Position numbers and translations under genes: made by a program. From NCBI GenBank assembly GCA_020137815.1, contig CM035351.1:6882001-6946000 (forward strand): 64,000 nucleotides of DNA, given 5' to 3'. How positions within the stretch are numbered: position 1 is the first letter of the stretch; the number at the start of each line of letters is the position of its first letter. Of the stretch, positions 16,609-28,041 are shown piece after piece. The DNA comes from Hormiphora californensis (Eukaryota; Animalia; Ctenophora). Under the pieces are notes generated by a model. The model did no database searches and had not been told where the DNA came from. It was given only the letters and a program-made list of their open reading frames with translations.

Positions 16609-19600
16609 ATGTTGTCCCTTCTCTCCAGAACCCCCTCTATCCTCCGTGCGGGATGTAGCAGTGTCCGCTTCCTAAGCGGGGATGTGAACAGTCGTTTCAC
16701 CGCCGCCCAGGAGCGTCTTAACACCATCAAAGAAGACCCTGGAAACGCTGCTAAACTGAAGATATACGGGCTCTTTAAACAGGCTAATGTCGGTCCCTGT
16801 AACATTCCTAAACCAGGGGGTTTCAACTTTGTTGCCAAGGCTAAATACGATTCCTGGAAGGGGCTTGGTGACATGACAAGTGATGAAGCAAAGGAGGCGT
16901 ATATTGCCTTTGTAGATGAACTAGCTGGACCTGAGGAGGGAGCTGCAGGTGGTGTGGAGGAGGCTGCACCAGTGGGCGAGGGAGTGCCTGGACTGGATGT
17001 GACAAAGGAGGGAGGAGTCCTGACAATCACACTAAACAGACCTGACAAGTTCAACGCTCTTACCTGGCAGGTAGCTGATACTTAGCTAACATTAGGTATC
17101 ACTCCCTAGACCCCTCTAGCCCCCACCCCTCCCACCCCTAGACCCCCTCTAGCTCCCACCCCTCCCACCGGGCTCCCACCCCTAGACCCGCTCTAGCTCC
17201 CACCCCTCTCGACAGTCGACACATAGACCCCTCTAGCCCCCACCGGGGGGGTTCCAACCTATTTTTTGTATGTTTGTACGGAAAAAAACAGGGGTTTCCT
17301 CAAACAAAAAAATACAAAAAAATACAAAAAAATAAAAACAATTTTATAAGGTAATTTACCATTCTTGTTCGAACTTTTACTGTTTTTAAACATTCTTCCA
17401 CGCTATTTTACGCAATTTAGCACAAATTATATACATATTTTACATATGTAGCATGCCAAAATCGCGAGAGAAATTTTCCCGAATCGCAATTTCTTACCAA
17501 TACAAGAAAACTTTCTCGAATCGTAATTTCGAACCAAGAAATTTTTCTCGAATCGAAATTTGTAAGCGAGAAAGTTTTCCCGAATCGCAATTTCTTACCG
17601 AGAAAACTTTCTCGAATCGTAATTTCGAACCAAGAAATTTTTCTCGAATCGAAATTTGTAAGCGAGAAAGTTTTCCCGAATCGCAATTTCTTACCGAGAA
17701 TACTTTCTCGAATCGTAATTTTGAACCAAGAAATTTTTCGCGAATCGAAATTTGTAAGCGAGAAAATTTTCCCGAATCGCAATTTCTTACCGGGAAAATT
17801 TTCTCGAATCGTAATTTCGAACCAAGAAGTTTTTCTCGAATCGACATATTTTCTAAGCGAGAAAATTTTCCGAATCGCAATTTCTTAGCGAAAAATTTTC
17901 TCGAATCGTAATTTCGAACCAAGAATTTTTCCTCGAATCGAAATTTGTAAGCGAGAAAATTTTCCCGAATCGCAATTTCTTACCGAGAAAACTTTCTCGA
18001 ATCGTAATTTTGAACCAAGAAATTTTTCGCGAATCGAAATTTGTAAGCGAGAGAATTTTCCCGAATCGCAATTTCTTACCGGGGGAATTTTCTCGAGTCG
18101 TGATTTCGAACCGAGAAGTTTTTCTCAAATCGGCATATATTCTAAGCGAGAGAATTTTCCGAATCGCAATTTCTTAGCGAAAAATTTTCTCGAATCGTAA
18201 TTTTGAACCAAGAATTTTTTTTCTCGAATCGACATTTCTAAGCGAGAAAATTTTTCCGAATCGCAATTTCTTAGCGAAAATTTTTCTCGAATCGTAATTT
18301 CAAACCAAGAATTTTTATCGAATCGACATTTCTAAGCGAGAAAATTTTTCCGAATTTTCTCGGATTGCAATTTCTTATTGAGAAAATTACCTCCAATCGC
18401 AATTTCTTGCCTTGTTCGACCCTCCCTCCCCGCGCCCCGGTTTGAACAAAACAAGCAATTTCTTACTGTCTGACGCCGCCGACCCGATCTGAGAATCAAA
18501 TTGGGGTATGGGCGCCGCCATACAGATTTCTTAGGGAAAAAATTATCTCGAATGACGAATGGCAATTTCTTACCGAGAAAGTTTCTCGAATCGTAACTTC
18601 CAACCGAGAAAATTTTCTCGAATCGTTATCTGAATCAATCATGTTTGCTTTTCCGAATTTCAAGAACGTGTAATTTCTCATATGTACATATAATGTAACA
18701 CTTTTAAGGAATAAAATGCGTGACAATGGAACTAAAAATGTTCCTAGGTGGTACATGGTCACAAAAGGAACCCGTCGATGTATTATTTACACGTTTATCA
18801 AGCACCCATATATCAGTACATATTTTGTATTTTTTTGTATTTTTTTGTATTGTTTGTACGGAAAAAAAAACAAGAATTTTGGATATTTTTTTGTATGGCC
18901 CGTACAAAAACATACAAAAAAATAGGTTGGAACCCCCCCCCCCCCCCCTCTAGTTCCCACCCCTCCCCACACATAGACCCCTCTAGCCCCCCACCTTTCC
19001 CACATCTAGACCCCTCTAGCTCCCACCCCTCTAGCTCCCACCCCTCCCACCCCTAGACCCTCTCTAGCTCCCACCCCTCTCGACACATAGACCCCTCTAG
19101 CCCCCACCCCTCCCACCCCTAGATCCCCTCTAGCCCCCACCTTTCCCACCCCTAGACCCCCTCTAGCCCCCACACCTCCCCACATCTAGACCCCTCTAGC
19201 CCCCACCTTTCCCACACCTAGACCCCTCTAGCCCCCACCCCTCTCGACACATAGACCCCTCTAGCCCCCACCCCTCTCGACACATAGACCCCTCTAGCCC
19301 CCACCCCTCTCGACACATAGACCCCTCTAGCCCCCACCCCTCCCCACATCTAGACCCCTCTAGCCCCACACCTTTCCCACCAGATGTACAAGGGTATTGG
19401 TGAGACCTTGACAGCAGCAGCTAACGACTCCAGTGTGCGTGTAGCCGTCCTGACAGGTACTGGCAAGTGGTATTGTGCGGGCAATGATCTGTCCAACTTT
19501 ACCAAGGACATGCCTGCTGGGGGTCCAACCGAGATGGCAGATAACGGACGTGATGTTCTAGAGTAAGTAACACCTTAAATAATACACTAGAATACACCTT

Positions 19601-20511
19601 AAATAACAGTACATTAAAATGCAATTAAGTATCGGTGGAAGTAACGTCTTTCCTGGTAAAACAGGGAGCTATTATAAGGGTTTGGATATATCAGTCATAT
19701 TATAATCACAGTCTCTTCCCCATTATCAGTGTGTTCTGCGCGGCTATGATCAACTTCCCGAAGCCCCTGATCGCGGCAGTTAACGGCCCTGCCATTGGTA
19801 TTCCTGTAACCACGCTGGGGCTCTGTGATATCGTCTACTGTACTGATAGTGCCCACTTTAGGACACCTTTCGTTAGTCTGGGACAGTCCCCTGAGGGCTG
19901 CTCTAGCTACGTTTTCCCCAGGACATTTGGGTTTGCAAAGGTACTTATGACGTCATTGTCTAATTATAGTACATCCATCACCCACTAAATCACTGAACAG
20001 GCCCTGTACTTTACTATTTTCTCATTTACCTGCTTGAGAGCTAACCGGTACACTAACAGGCCAACGAGATGTTGTTGGCTGAGAGGCAGATCTCTGCAGA
20101 GGAGGCATGTGCAGGTGGACTTGTCACTAGGGTCTTCCCTGAGGAGTCCTTCCGGGATGAGGTCAACAAGGTCGTATCACACATGGCACAACTGCCACCC
20201 CAGGTACACAACTACCACCACAGGTACTACCCTGTTAGATAATACTGTTAGAACAGCCAAAGCAAATGGAAAGTCGACTCGGATAAATCTAGATGTCGAT
20301 ATATTACCCAACCCTAATCTGACCCCGACTGCATCTAATCACCCCTCTCCCCTTGTAGTCCATGATAATTAGCAAGGGGCTCATCCGACAAGAGCTGAAA
20401 GAGAAGCTGCTGGAGGTGAACACTAGGGAATGTGCCACACTTCGTGATAGATGGCTGAGTGACGAGTGTATGACTGCCATCATGAACTTCCTTAACCGAA
20501 AGAAGAAATAG
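16609..20511 (+). CDS. ECI2: Enoyl-CoA delta isomerase 2 (ACBP + crotonase domains), mitochondrial presequence; 5 exons
   Basis: ACB domain [22 protein letters not shown]...[11 protein letters not shown]; [13 protein letters not shown]; WYCAGNDL; [16 protein letters not shown]; [11 protein letters not shown]; ends NFLNRKKK*. Confidence 0.95.
17105..19383. repeat. C-rich minisatellite (CCCCACCCCTAGACCCCTCTAGC-like) in ECI2 intron 1, split by an inserted element
   Basis: The same unit occurs at 17105-17244 and 18949-19383. Confidence 0.9.
17245..18948. mobile_element. ~1.7-kb non-autonomous TIR element carrying a 96-bp (3x32) higher-order tandem array
   Basis: TIRs GGGGGGGTTCCAACCTATTTTTTGTATGTTT / AAACATACAAAAAAATAGGTTGGAACCCCCCC. 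Array at ~17455-18630. Confidence 0.85.
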
Positions 20512-20687
20512 AGACAGCAGTTAAACAGAGAGACACCTGTGTAGTATCTACACTCCAAGTTTTTGAAGTGATTTTGTGTTATACGTTCATGTTTTCAAAT
20601 TATTCTGTAAAGTTACCCCTCTCGTTGTCACCACTACCAACTAGCTAATAGTAAGAGCCTGATCTCCTATCTAGCCCCCATCTAGCC

Positions 20688-21011
20688 ATGTTGTCTCTTC
20701 TCTCCAGAACCCCCTCTATCCTCCGTGCGGGATGTGGCAGTGTCCGCTTCCTAAGCGGGGATGTGAACAGTCGTTTCACCGCCGCCCAGGAGCGTCTCAA
20801 CACTATCAAAGAAGACCCTGGAAACGCTGCTAAACTGAAGATATACGGGCTCTTTAAACAGGCTAATGTCGGTCCCTGTAACATTCCTAAACCAGGGGGT
20901 TTCAACTTTGTTGCCAAGGCTAAATACGATTCCTGGAAGGGGCTTGGTGACATGACAAGTGATGAAGCAAAGGAGGCGTACATTGCCTTTGTAGATGAAC
21001 TAGCTGCATAA
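20688..21011 (+). CDS. Stand-alone acyl-CoA-binding protein with mitochondrial presequence (partial duplicate of ECI2 exon 1)
   Basis: 107-aa ORF nearly identical to ECI2 aa 1-106. It stops right at the end of the ACB domain and keeps the upstream acceptor context. Confidence 0.75.
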   Translation: MLSLLSRTPSILRAGCGSVRFLSGDVNSRFTAAQERLNTIKEDPGNAAKLKIYGLFKQANVGPCNIPKPGGFNFVAKAKYDSWKGLGDMTSDEAKEAYIAFVDELAA

Positions 21012-21228
21012 ATGTCAAACAGGGAAACATTGTGGGTGTGTAGAATCTACACTGTATTGTTTTGTGATTTTGTGTAATTTATTCTGTGTTTCTTTAATGT
21101 TTTTAATTAACATTTTAATTTGTTACTAATAATTGATCTCTCTTCATCATGTTTATTATTCAACCCTCTAAATGATAATCTCCCCTCCCTAGCGCTATAC
21201 AGTCCATGATTTTGTCCCTTTGCCTGGT

Positions 21229-21528
21229 ATGGCAGTAAGGGGTGCATACGCCTTTGGAGCATTCTGTACAACGTTCTTTATTGGGTTTACTGGTTACGTG
21301 TGGTATACAGAGCGATCAGACAGGAAGAAGCTGAAGGACGGTGCAGCTCGTGACATCAACGAATACCAGAGAAAGTTGGCAATTCGCCTAAAGAAGGAGC
21401 AAGACAACAAAGGTGTGTGTGATGAATATGAGTTTTCAAAAAAGTTGTCTGTCGAGGTGACTTCAGTTAATTTTGTATTAACTAATTATTCATCTCTCTT
21501 TTCAGATGGCCCGAAAACGTCAAGCTAA
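21229..21528 (+). CDS. PET117: Cytochrome c oxidase assembly factor PET117-like
   Basis: MAVRGAYAFGAFCTTFFIGFTGYVWYTERSDRKKLKDGAARDINEYQRK: TM helix plus a D..RL..G..RD motif. Probable 93-nt intron 21413-21505; last exon DGPKTSS*. Confidence 0.75.
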   Translation: MAVRGAYAFGAFCTTFFIGFTGYVWYTERSDRKKLKDGAARDINEYQRKLAIRLKKEQDNKGVCDEYEFSKKLSVEVTSVNFVLTNYSSLFSDGPKTSS

Positions 21529-23836
21529 TTTGGAACGTTTCGCCGGGTCAATAGCTGATCTTGTTGGCGGTGCAAAGAAGAAGAACAGGGCCGGTCAAAA
21601 GATCGGAAAACCCAAATTCCAGCTCGACAGAAAACGGAAACGGAAAGAGGAAAAGGAGGCTAGAAAGGAGAGGAAACTGAAACACATTTTAGTTAGAGCA
21701 GGAGCAGTCCTCCCTGAGGAGAGTAACCCTGAAGTTGAAACTGCTGATCAGCCCAAGAAGAAAAAGGTGAAGAAGGAGAAGTTTGTAGCAGGACGGGACA
21801 CCCTCACTTCTCTACAATCAAAGCAGGAGAAAATCTATAAAGCTGCAGAATCTTATACACGACTCACCAAGGAGGAAGCGGATATCGCTAATAAGAAAGA
21901 GGACAAGAACATCAAGGAATTGGAGAAACGATTAGGAATCCGGAAAAACCAGAAAACTCCTAAATCGTTCACTGAGGATGGCCTAAATTATGTTCTTGAT
22001 TTTGAGAAGAAGAAGGACAGTGTAGAAGAAAAGGAAGAGGAGAAGGAAGCTGGGGATGAGGAAGCTGGGGATGAAGCTGTTGAAGGGCTATTTGAAGACC
22101 TTGAATCTGACACTGATAACGACTCTGATGGGTTCTTCCCCTCAGAAGGGGAAGAAGAGGGGGAGGAAGAGGAAGAAGAGGAGGAAGAGGAGGATCAGAT
22201 TGGGGAGTTTGGTGTTGATGAGACCATGGGAGAGAGCGAGATAGAGGACGAAGAAACGAGCGAAGAAGAAGAAGATATGGAAGGACTCGAGGAGGATCCA
22301 GGAGAAAGTGAAGAAAGTGAATCAGGGAACAAAACAGAAGAGAAAGAGGAGGTAAAAGCAGCTCCCACCTCCTACGTTCCCCCTCACCTACGGAATCTAG
22401 ACGCCTCATCCCTCCTATCCCGCAGAATCCGGGGCTATGTTAACAGGGTATCTACCTCCAACATCAAGCAGATCCTGACAGATGTAGAGCTGGTGTACCA
22501 AGATCACCCCCGGGGTGAAGTTAACTCTACAATCCTAACCAGGATCAGCGAGTCATGTCTCATTTCTACGGTCATGCCAGCGAGGCTGTGTGCTGAGCAC
22601 ATGCTGCTCGTTGCCTGCCTCTCCGCTAATATCGGGGCAGAGTTTGTTAGCCCGCTACTCGAGGAGTTGGCGGGCAAGTTTAGATCTGAGCTGGGAACAG
22701 ATCGTCGTGGTGGTAAGGTTCTCAACAACATTGTCTCTATGGTATGTTTCATGTACTCCCTCAAAGTTGTATCATGTGTCCTTGTGTTTGATATCATCCG
22801 TGCCCTACTGGGATCCTTCACCGAGCCAGATCTAGAGGTACTCCTCTATATCTTCAAGTCAGTGGGTGTGGACATCAGGAAGGATGACCCTCAGGCCCTG
22901 AAGGATATCGTAAACATTGTCAATGAGAAGGGATCCAAACTAAAAGAAAAGAGCTCTAGGTTCACGTGGTTTGTGGACACTCTGACTGCGGTTAAAAACA
23001 ACAATGTCAACAAAATACCAAACTATGATAAATCTGATATAGTGGATATCCAGAAGGCGTTCAAGGCGACTGTCAAGGCCAATCCACCGAATCTCCAGGT
23101 CACCTTGGCTGATCTCCAAGATGCGGCAACGAAAGGGCGCTGGTGGGTTGTCGGTGCTGCCTGGACGGGTACTGAGGAGGGGAGTGAGAGGAGTAAAAAG
23201 ACATCAAATATCGGCAGTTTTGACAGTAAACTCCTGGCCCTTGCCAAGAAGAATCACATGAACACGGAGGTCAGGAGGAACGTGTTTTGTGTCCTCATGT
23301 CATCTGAGGACTTTGAGCACTGTTTTGAGCAGCTAATGAAACTCAACCTGAAGGATAAACAGGAGAGGGAGATTATCCATGTGGCGGTGTTGTGTGCACT
23401 AAAATGTAAAACATACAACCCCTACTACACCAGCGTGATCGGAAAGTTCTGTGGGTTTAGTAAGAACTTCCAAGTGACCACCCAGTTCTCTCTATGGGAC
23501 AGGTTAAAGGAGCTACAGTCCCTCTCCCCAGCCAAACTCTCCAATCTGACCAAGTTGTTGGCAGCCCTCATTACCTCCAAAACCATCTCTCTGGCAGTGC
23601 TAAAGGTGGTGAACTTTGCTGAAATCGGGACTGATGATGTGACATTTTTTAAGGATCTCTTTACAGCTCTCCTCTCCAATTCTGAGGGTGTTGTGACGGA
23701 GATCTTCGGGCGGGTTCAACCCCTCCCCCTTGATAACTTGAAAAATGGTATGAAAGTGTTTATGAAGCACTTCCTGAAACCAGATTTAACGGGAAGTGAA
23801 CTGAAAAATATGAAAATCGCCTTGAAATGCTTTTAA
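21506..23836 (+). CDS. NOM1: Nucleolar MIF4G/MA3 domain protein 1 (Sgd1), intronless, 776 aa
   Basis: Basic/acidic N-terminus, YVPPHLR, MIF4G, KGRWWVVGAAW, MNTEVRRNVFCVLMSSEDF (MA3). Confidence 0.93.
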   Translation: MARKRQANLERFAGSIADLVGGAKKKNRAGQKIGKPKFQLDRKRKRKEEKEARKERKLKHILVRAGAVLPEESNPEVETADQPKKKKVKKEKFVAGRDTLTSLQSKQEKIYKAAESYTRLTKEEADIANKKEDKNIKELEKRLGIRKNQKTPKSFTEDGLNYVLDFEKKKDSVEEKEEEKEAGDEEAGDEAVEGLFEDLESDTDNDSDGFFPSEGEEEGEEEEEEEEEEDQIGEFGVDETMGESEIEDEETSEEEEDMEGLEEDPGESEESESGNKTEEKEEVKAAPTSYVPPHLRNLDASSLLSRRIRGYVNRVSTSNIKQILTDVELVYQDHPRGEVNSTILTRISESCLISTVMPARLCAEHMLLVACLSANIGAEFVSPLLEELAGKFRSELGTDRRGGKVLNNIVSMVCFMYSLKVVSCVLVFDIIRALLGSFTEPDLEVLLYIFKSVGVDIRKDDPQALKDIVNIVNEKGSKLKEKSSRFTWFVDTLTAVKNNNVNKIPNYDKSDIVDIQKAFKATVKANPPNLQVTLADLQDAATKGRWWVVGAAWTGTEEGSERSKKTSNIGSFDSKLLALAKKNHMNTEVRRNVFCVLMSSEDFEHCFEQLMKLNLKDKQEREIIHVAVLCALKCKTYNPYYTSVIGKFCGFSKNFQVTTQFSLWDRLKELQSLSPAKLSNLTKLLAALITSKTISLAVLKVVNFAEIGTDDVTFFKDLFTALLSNSEGVVTEIFGRVQPLPLDNLKNGMKVFMKHFLKPDLTGSELKNMKIALKCF

Positions 23837-23959
23837 CTGGTACTTTTTACACACGATAATTTATTAACCAAACTCTTCGCGACAACAGACGTGGTTTTAT
23901 TTTCCGATGTTCGAACCCTAGCACTTTCCAGTTTCCCCATACATGCAGATTCACATCAT

Positions 23960-24192
23960 AACTCCCCTCTAACTCCTCTCCTACTAACTTGCCCCTGTTT
24001 CGGGTTTCTCTACCTGTACCTTCCCTACTAAACTGCCCTCTAACTCCCCCTGCTTCCCTCCCTGCCCCTCCTACTAACCTGCCCCTGCTTCCCTCCCTGC
24101 ACCTCCCTACTAACCTGCCCCTGCTTCCCTCCCTGCCCCTCCTACTAGCCTGCCCTTGCTTCACTTCCTGCACCCTCCCTACTAACCTGTCC
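23960..24192 (+). repeat. Tandem array of branch-point/polypyrimidine units (CTACTAACCTGCCCCTGCTTCCCTCCCTG) upstream of INO80E
   Basis: About 6 copies of CTACTA(A/G), most forming TACTAAC, ending just before TTTTAG|tATG. Confidence 0.8.
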
Positions 24193-24203
24193 TGTGTTTT
24201 AGT

Positions 24204-27200
24204 ATGGATGAGGTTGAGGATGATGAAATTATTGACCCAAACTACTTCAACAAATATAAAGATCTCAAGGTAAACAATGTACCAATCAACTATTAATTAC
24301 ACCACTTACTAAATCTTAACACCGCTCTTTTTTCAGAGAAAGTTACAATTCCTATTGTACGAGAACCAGTCCTTTCAAGATGAACTCAGACAGGCTCAGA
24401 AGAAGTTACTCCAAGTAAGTTCTCCTCTTCCCATTTATAGCAGTTTGACATCCCAGACTGAGCTCTTAACCCCCGCGACATCCAGGTGACACGAGATAAA
24501 AACTACTTGTTGGAGCGATTAATGAAGTACGAGGGTGTTAGTAGTGACAGTGATTCAGATGATGAGAAGATAGTTGATGATAAGAGCAGGCAGGGTTTCT
24601 CTCCCGCCCCTCCCTCCTTCAAAAGGAGGAATGTGATAGCCATCACACCAGGACAGGCATCCACTGCCGGTATCACCATGCCCTCCCCACGTGGTATTAT
24701 GCAGGTATATATAGTACATAACGTTCTGCACGCAGTGCAAGCGCGCCATATACGCTCTGCACTGCAGAGCGTATATGGAGGTGAAATGCACGACAGCGCA
24801 GCTGGAGTGCATTTCACACCTATATTGCACGAGTGTAACGAGTGCGATATAGGGGCGCTTGCACATGCCGTGCAGGACGTTATTGAGTATATATTCCGCG
24901 AGAAAACACATGACAAGCAAAACAATCATAATTTTGGGTGATTACACACAGAGAGATGTGACAAAACAAGGTACAGACTAAGCAAAAACACACTCAAAAA
25001 TACTAACAGACACTACTGCAACTCTTACACACAAGGGAGACAAGATCTGATAGTTTGAAACAGTGAAAAGAAGAGAGAGATAAAGAGAGAGATGCGAGAG
25101 AGGGAGATTGGAATTCTTGGAAATAGCAAACAACAAAACGTGATAAGGGGATAATTAGTGAGAGAAAGAGGGATAGTGAGTGTAATTTGACAGACTTTGT
25201 GTCGTGTAGTACCTTGTCAGTCATATTCTGTGTGTTTGTGTGTGAATAAGGTGTAAAAACACTTTTCTCACTTATATCCCGCTACCTCTATATCTGCACG
25301 CTCCCGCGGAAGCACAGTGCATATTTCAGCGTGCAAATGGTCGCGCACAGCGGGAGTGATATGTGCACTCGCGGTATATATATATACCATGTACAGGGAT
25401 AGCTTTTTAGGGGTACTATTTTTACATATGTTAGGAATAAAAAATCTCCGAATATTTCTAACTCCCTATTCCATTTCAGAGTCCAAGTTACGGCAGTAGC
25501 CCTAAAACAAATCATAGTCCAACCGTCCAGAGCCCTTCCAGTACGGCCTTCCCCAGTCCGGCACCACCTCCTAGCAACCTTACCAACAGCCGCAGCCCGG
25601 GTCCCGCTGCAGGGCTAAACAAAGCGAGCCCACGGTCCAGGAGAACTAGTTCAAATGATGTGGGTAATATGAAACCTACAGTGAACAAGAAGCCACCACC
25701 ACCACCACCCCAGCCCATGCAGTATGAGGCCCCTCCTACACCCGCTCCGCCCACACCAGCACAACCACCACCACCACCGCCACCACAGCGGCAAATCAAG
25801 TTTCCCATTGTCAGTCAAGAGTCAGATCCAGGGGTGACGTTTTGCTCGCATTTAGAGAACGGTATCCAGTGCACCACGGAGATCTCCAAGAAGTCCAAGA
25901 CAAGGTTATGTGGTGCTCACCGGCGGTTGTTGAACAAGAAGAAGAAGCAGCAGAGTGCGGGGGAGGATGCCCTAAACTCACCCAACCACCCCCACACTCC
26001 CTCCTCCAACATTGCGTCCTCACCCGCCCAGTCACCCCACCCTGGAGCGGAACAACAGCAGCAGATGATGCTGCAGGGAGGTCCACCACCAGGACACCCG
26101 GGGTACAGGCCCCATTTCGGGAGGGGAGGGCCCATGTACCATGGGGGTCCCCCACAGAACCCCGCTCAGATGCAACAAATCATGAACCAGAACTACCAAA
26201 TGCAGATGCAGCGGATGATGATGGCCAATCCGAAGGAGTTCTACGCTCAGCAACAAGCCTACCAGAAACAGTACCAGCAACACATGCAGAAGATGCAACA
26301 GCAACAAGCCGCACAGCAACATCCTGGGCATCCTGGGCAGGGTGGGCATCCAGGGCAGGGTGGACATCCAGGTCAACCAGGACACCCTGGCCAACCTGGA
26401 CATCAGGGAGGTCAAGGAGGACATCCCTCACAAGGAGGACATCCCTCTCAAGCAGGACACCCCGGTCAGGGAGGACACCCCGGTCAGCAACCAGGTCACC
26501 CAGGGCAGCAACATCCAGGAAATCACCCTGGAAGTCACCCTGGAAGTCACCCTGGCCCACCTCAGCAGCAGCAGCACGCCAGACAGCAGCAGCAGGGGAA
26601 GCAGTCATCCTCAAGTGGGCAGCAGCAGGGAAAAGAGTCATCCTCCGTGCAGACAAGCACCCCCAGTAGTGGGAAACCTGACTCTGGGTCCAGCACACCC
26701 AGTAAATCTAGAACCAAGGGAGGGGATAAGAGTGGAGAGAAGAAGGAGACTAACCAACAGATAAGGGCGGCCCAACAACTTCACATGGAGATGACACGTG
26801 GTGGGCAGCAGAAACAGGGTGCAGCAGCAGCTGGTATGCAGCAGCTGACACAACAACAGATAGCACACCTTCACGCACAGCAACAGAGGCAGATACAGTT
26901 GCAGATAGCGGCTCAGCAGCAGCAGGCGGTCAGGAGGGCTCAGTATAACAGTATGCAGTATCAGGTGTACCCCCCACAAGGGGCCATGATGGATGGGAGA
27001 GAGGGGATGCCACCACAGTTCATAGCTTCCCAGCCCATACCACAACAGCAGCTGCTGATTCAACAGGAACCAAAAACTCCGAGGTCCTCCTCCTCTCAGC
27101 AAGCTCAACAGGAGAGACAGCAGCAAGAGAGACAGCAGCAAGAGAGACAGCAGCAGGAGAGACAGCAGCAGGAGCGGCAACAACAAGAGAGACAACAGCA

Positions 27201-27774
27201 AGCTGCGGCCGCATCCGGGGTCGAACGGCAACAGTTACAGCAACAACAACAACAACAGGAAAGACAGCAACAGGAGCGCCAGCAGCAAGAGCGCCAGCAA
27301 CAAGAGCGCCAGCAGCAAGAGCGCCAGCAACAAGAGCGCCAGCAACAAGAGCGCCAGCAACAAGAGCGCCAGCAACAAGAGCGTCAGCAACAGCAACTTC
27401 AGCAACAACAAGAAAGGCAGCAACAGCAGGCTAAAAGTGCTGCTCAGAAACCACCGCCAAGAAAACCACCCATCTCACATCCTCCACCTCCCCCTCCTGA
27501 AAGTCCTGCCCCTCCCCAGCAAGTTGCCCAGCCTCCTCAACACGTCTCCCAGCCTCCTCAACACGTCTCCCAGCCCCCTCCACAAGTTGCCCAACCTCCT
27601 CAACAAGTTCCCCAACCTCCTCAACAAGCAACAGAACCACAAGTCCCTCCCTCCCCCGGCCCCACTCCATCTGAGATACTACCTGACGAACTGGTGGCCG
27701 GTCTAGATGCATCCCTTATGGACCATTCCGCTCGGCCGCAGTCAAACAGCAAACAAACCCCCCAGAAAAAGTGA
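24204..27774 (+). CDS. INO80E: INO80 complex subunit E with a very long Pro/Gln-rich C-terminal extension
   Basis: [51 protein letters not shown] is the INO80E coiled coil. Intron 24705-25479, then an open frame to 27774 with GHPGQ and QQQER repeats. Confidence 0.85.
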
Positions 27775-28041
27775 CGTGTCTCCCTTTGTATACATGTGTG
27801 TGTGTGTGTGTAATGACAGTTTGTGATGGGTTAGTGAATAATATTTGTAACATTTTATCTGCATTTGTAAACACAGTGTCAAAAACACGTGGAGAGACAG
27901 GAATATATATCTAATGTATTGATATTGTATAACGTGTACCGTTTAGAGCAATTCGTTAGAAAATTTGAAAGTTTTAAAAAACACCTCGTTTTATAGAATC
28001 CTCTCTCACCAAACTAAATCCCCTCCTCTATCTGACCAGCT

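Noticed and set aside
17417-18128. ORFs on both strands with 32-aa repeats
   Set aside because: Translation of the 96-bp tandem array inside an intronic element.
24705-25400. Possible Crypton-like element or ORF extension in the INO80E intron
   Set aside because: No clear TIR or TSD; the ORF read-through past the donor at 24705 has no homology.
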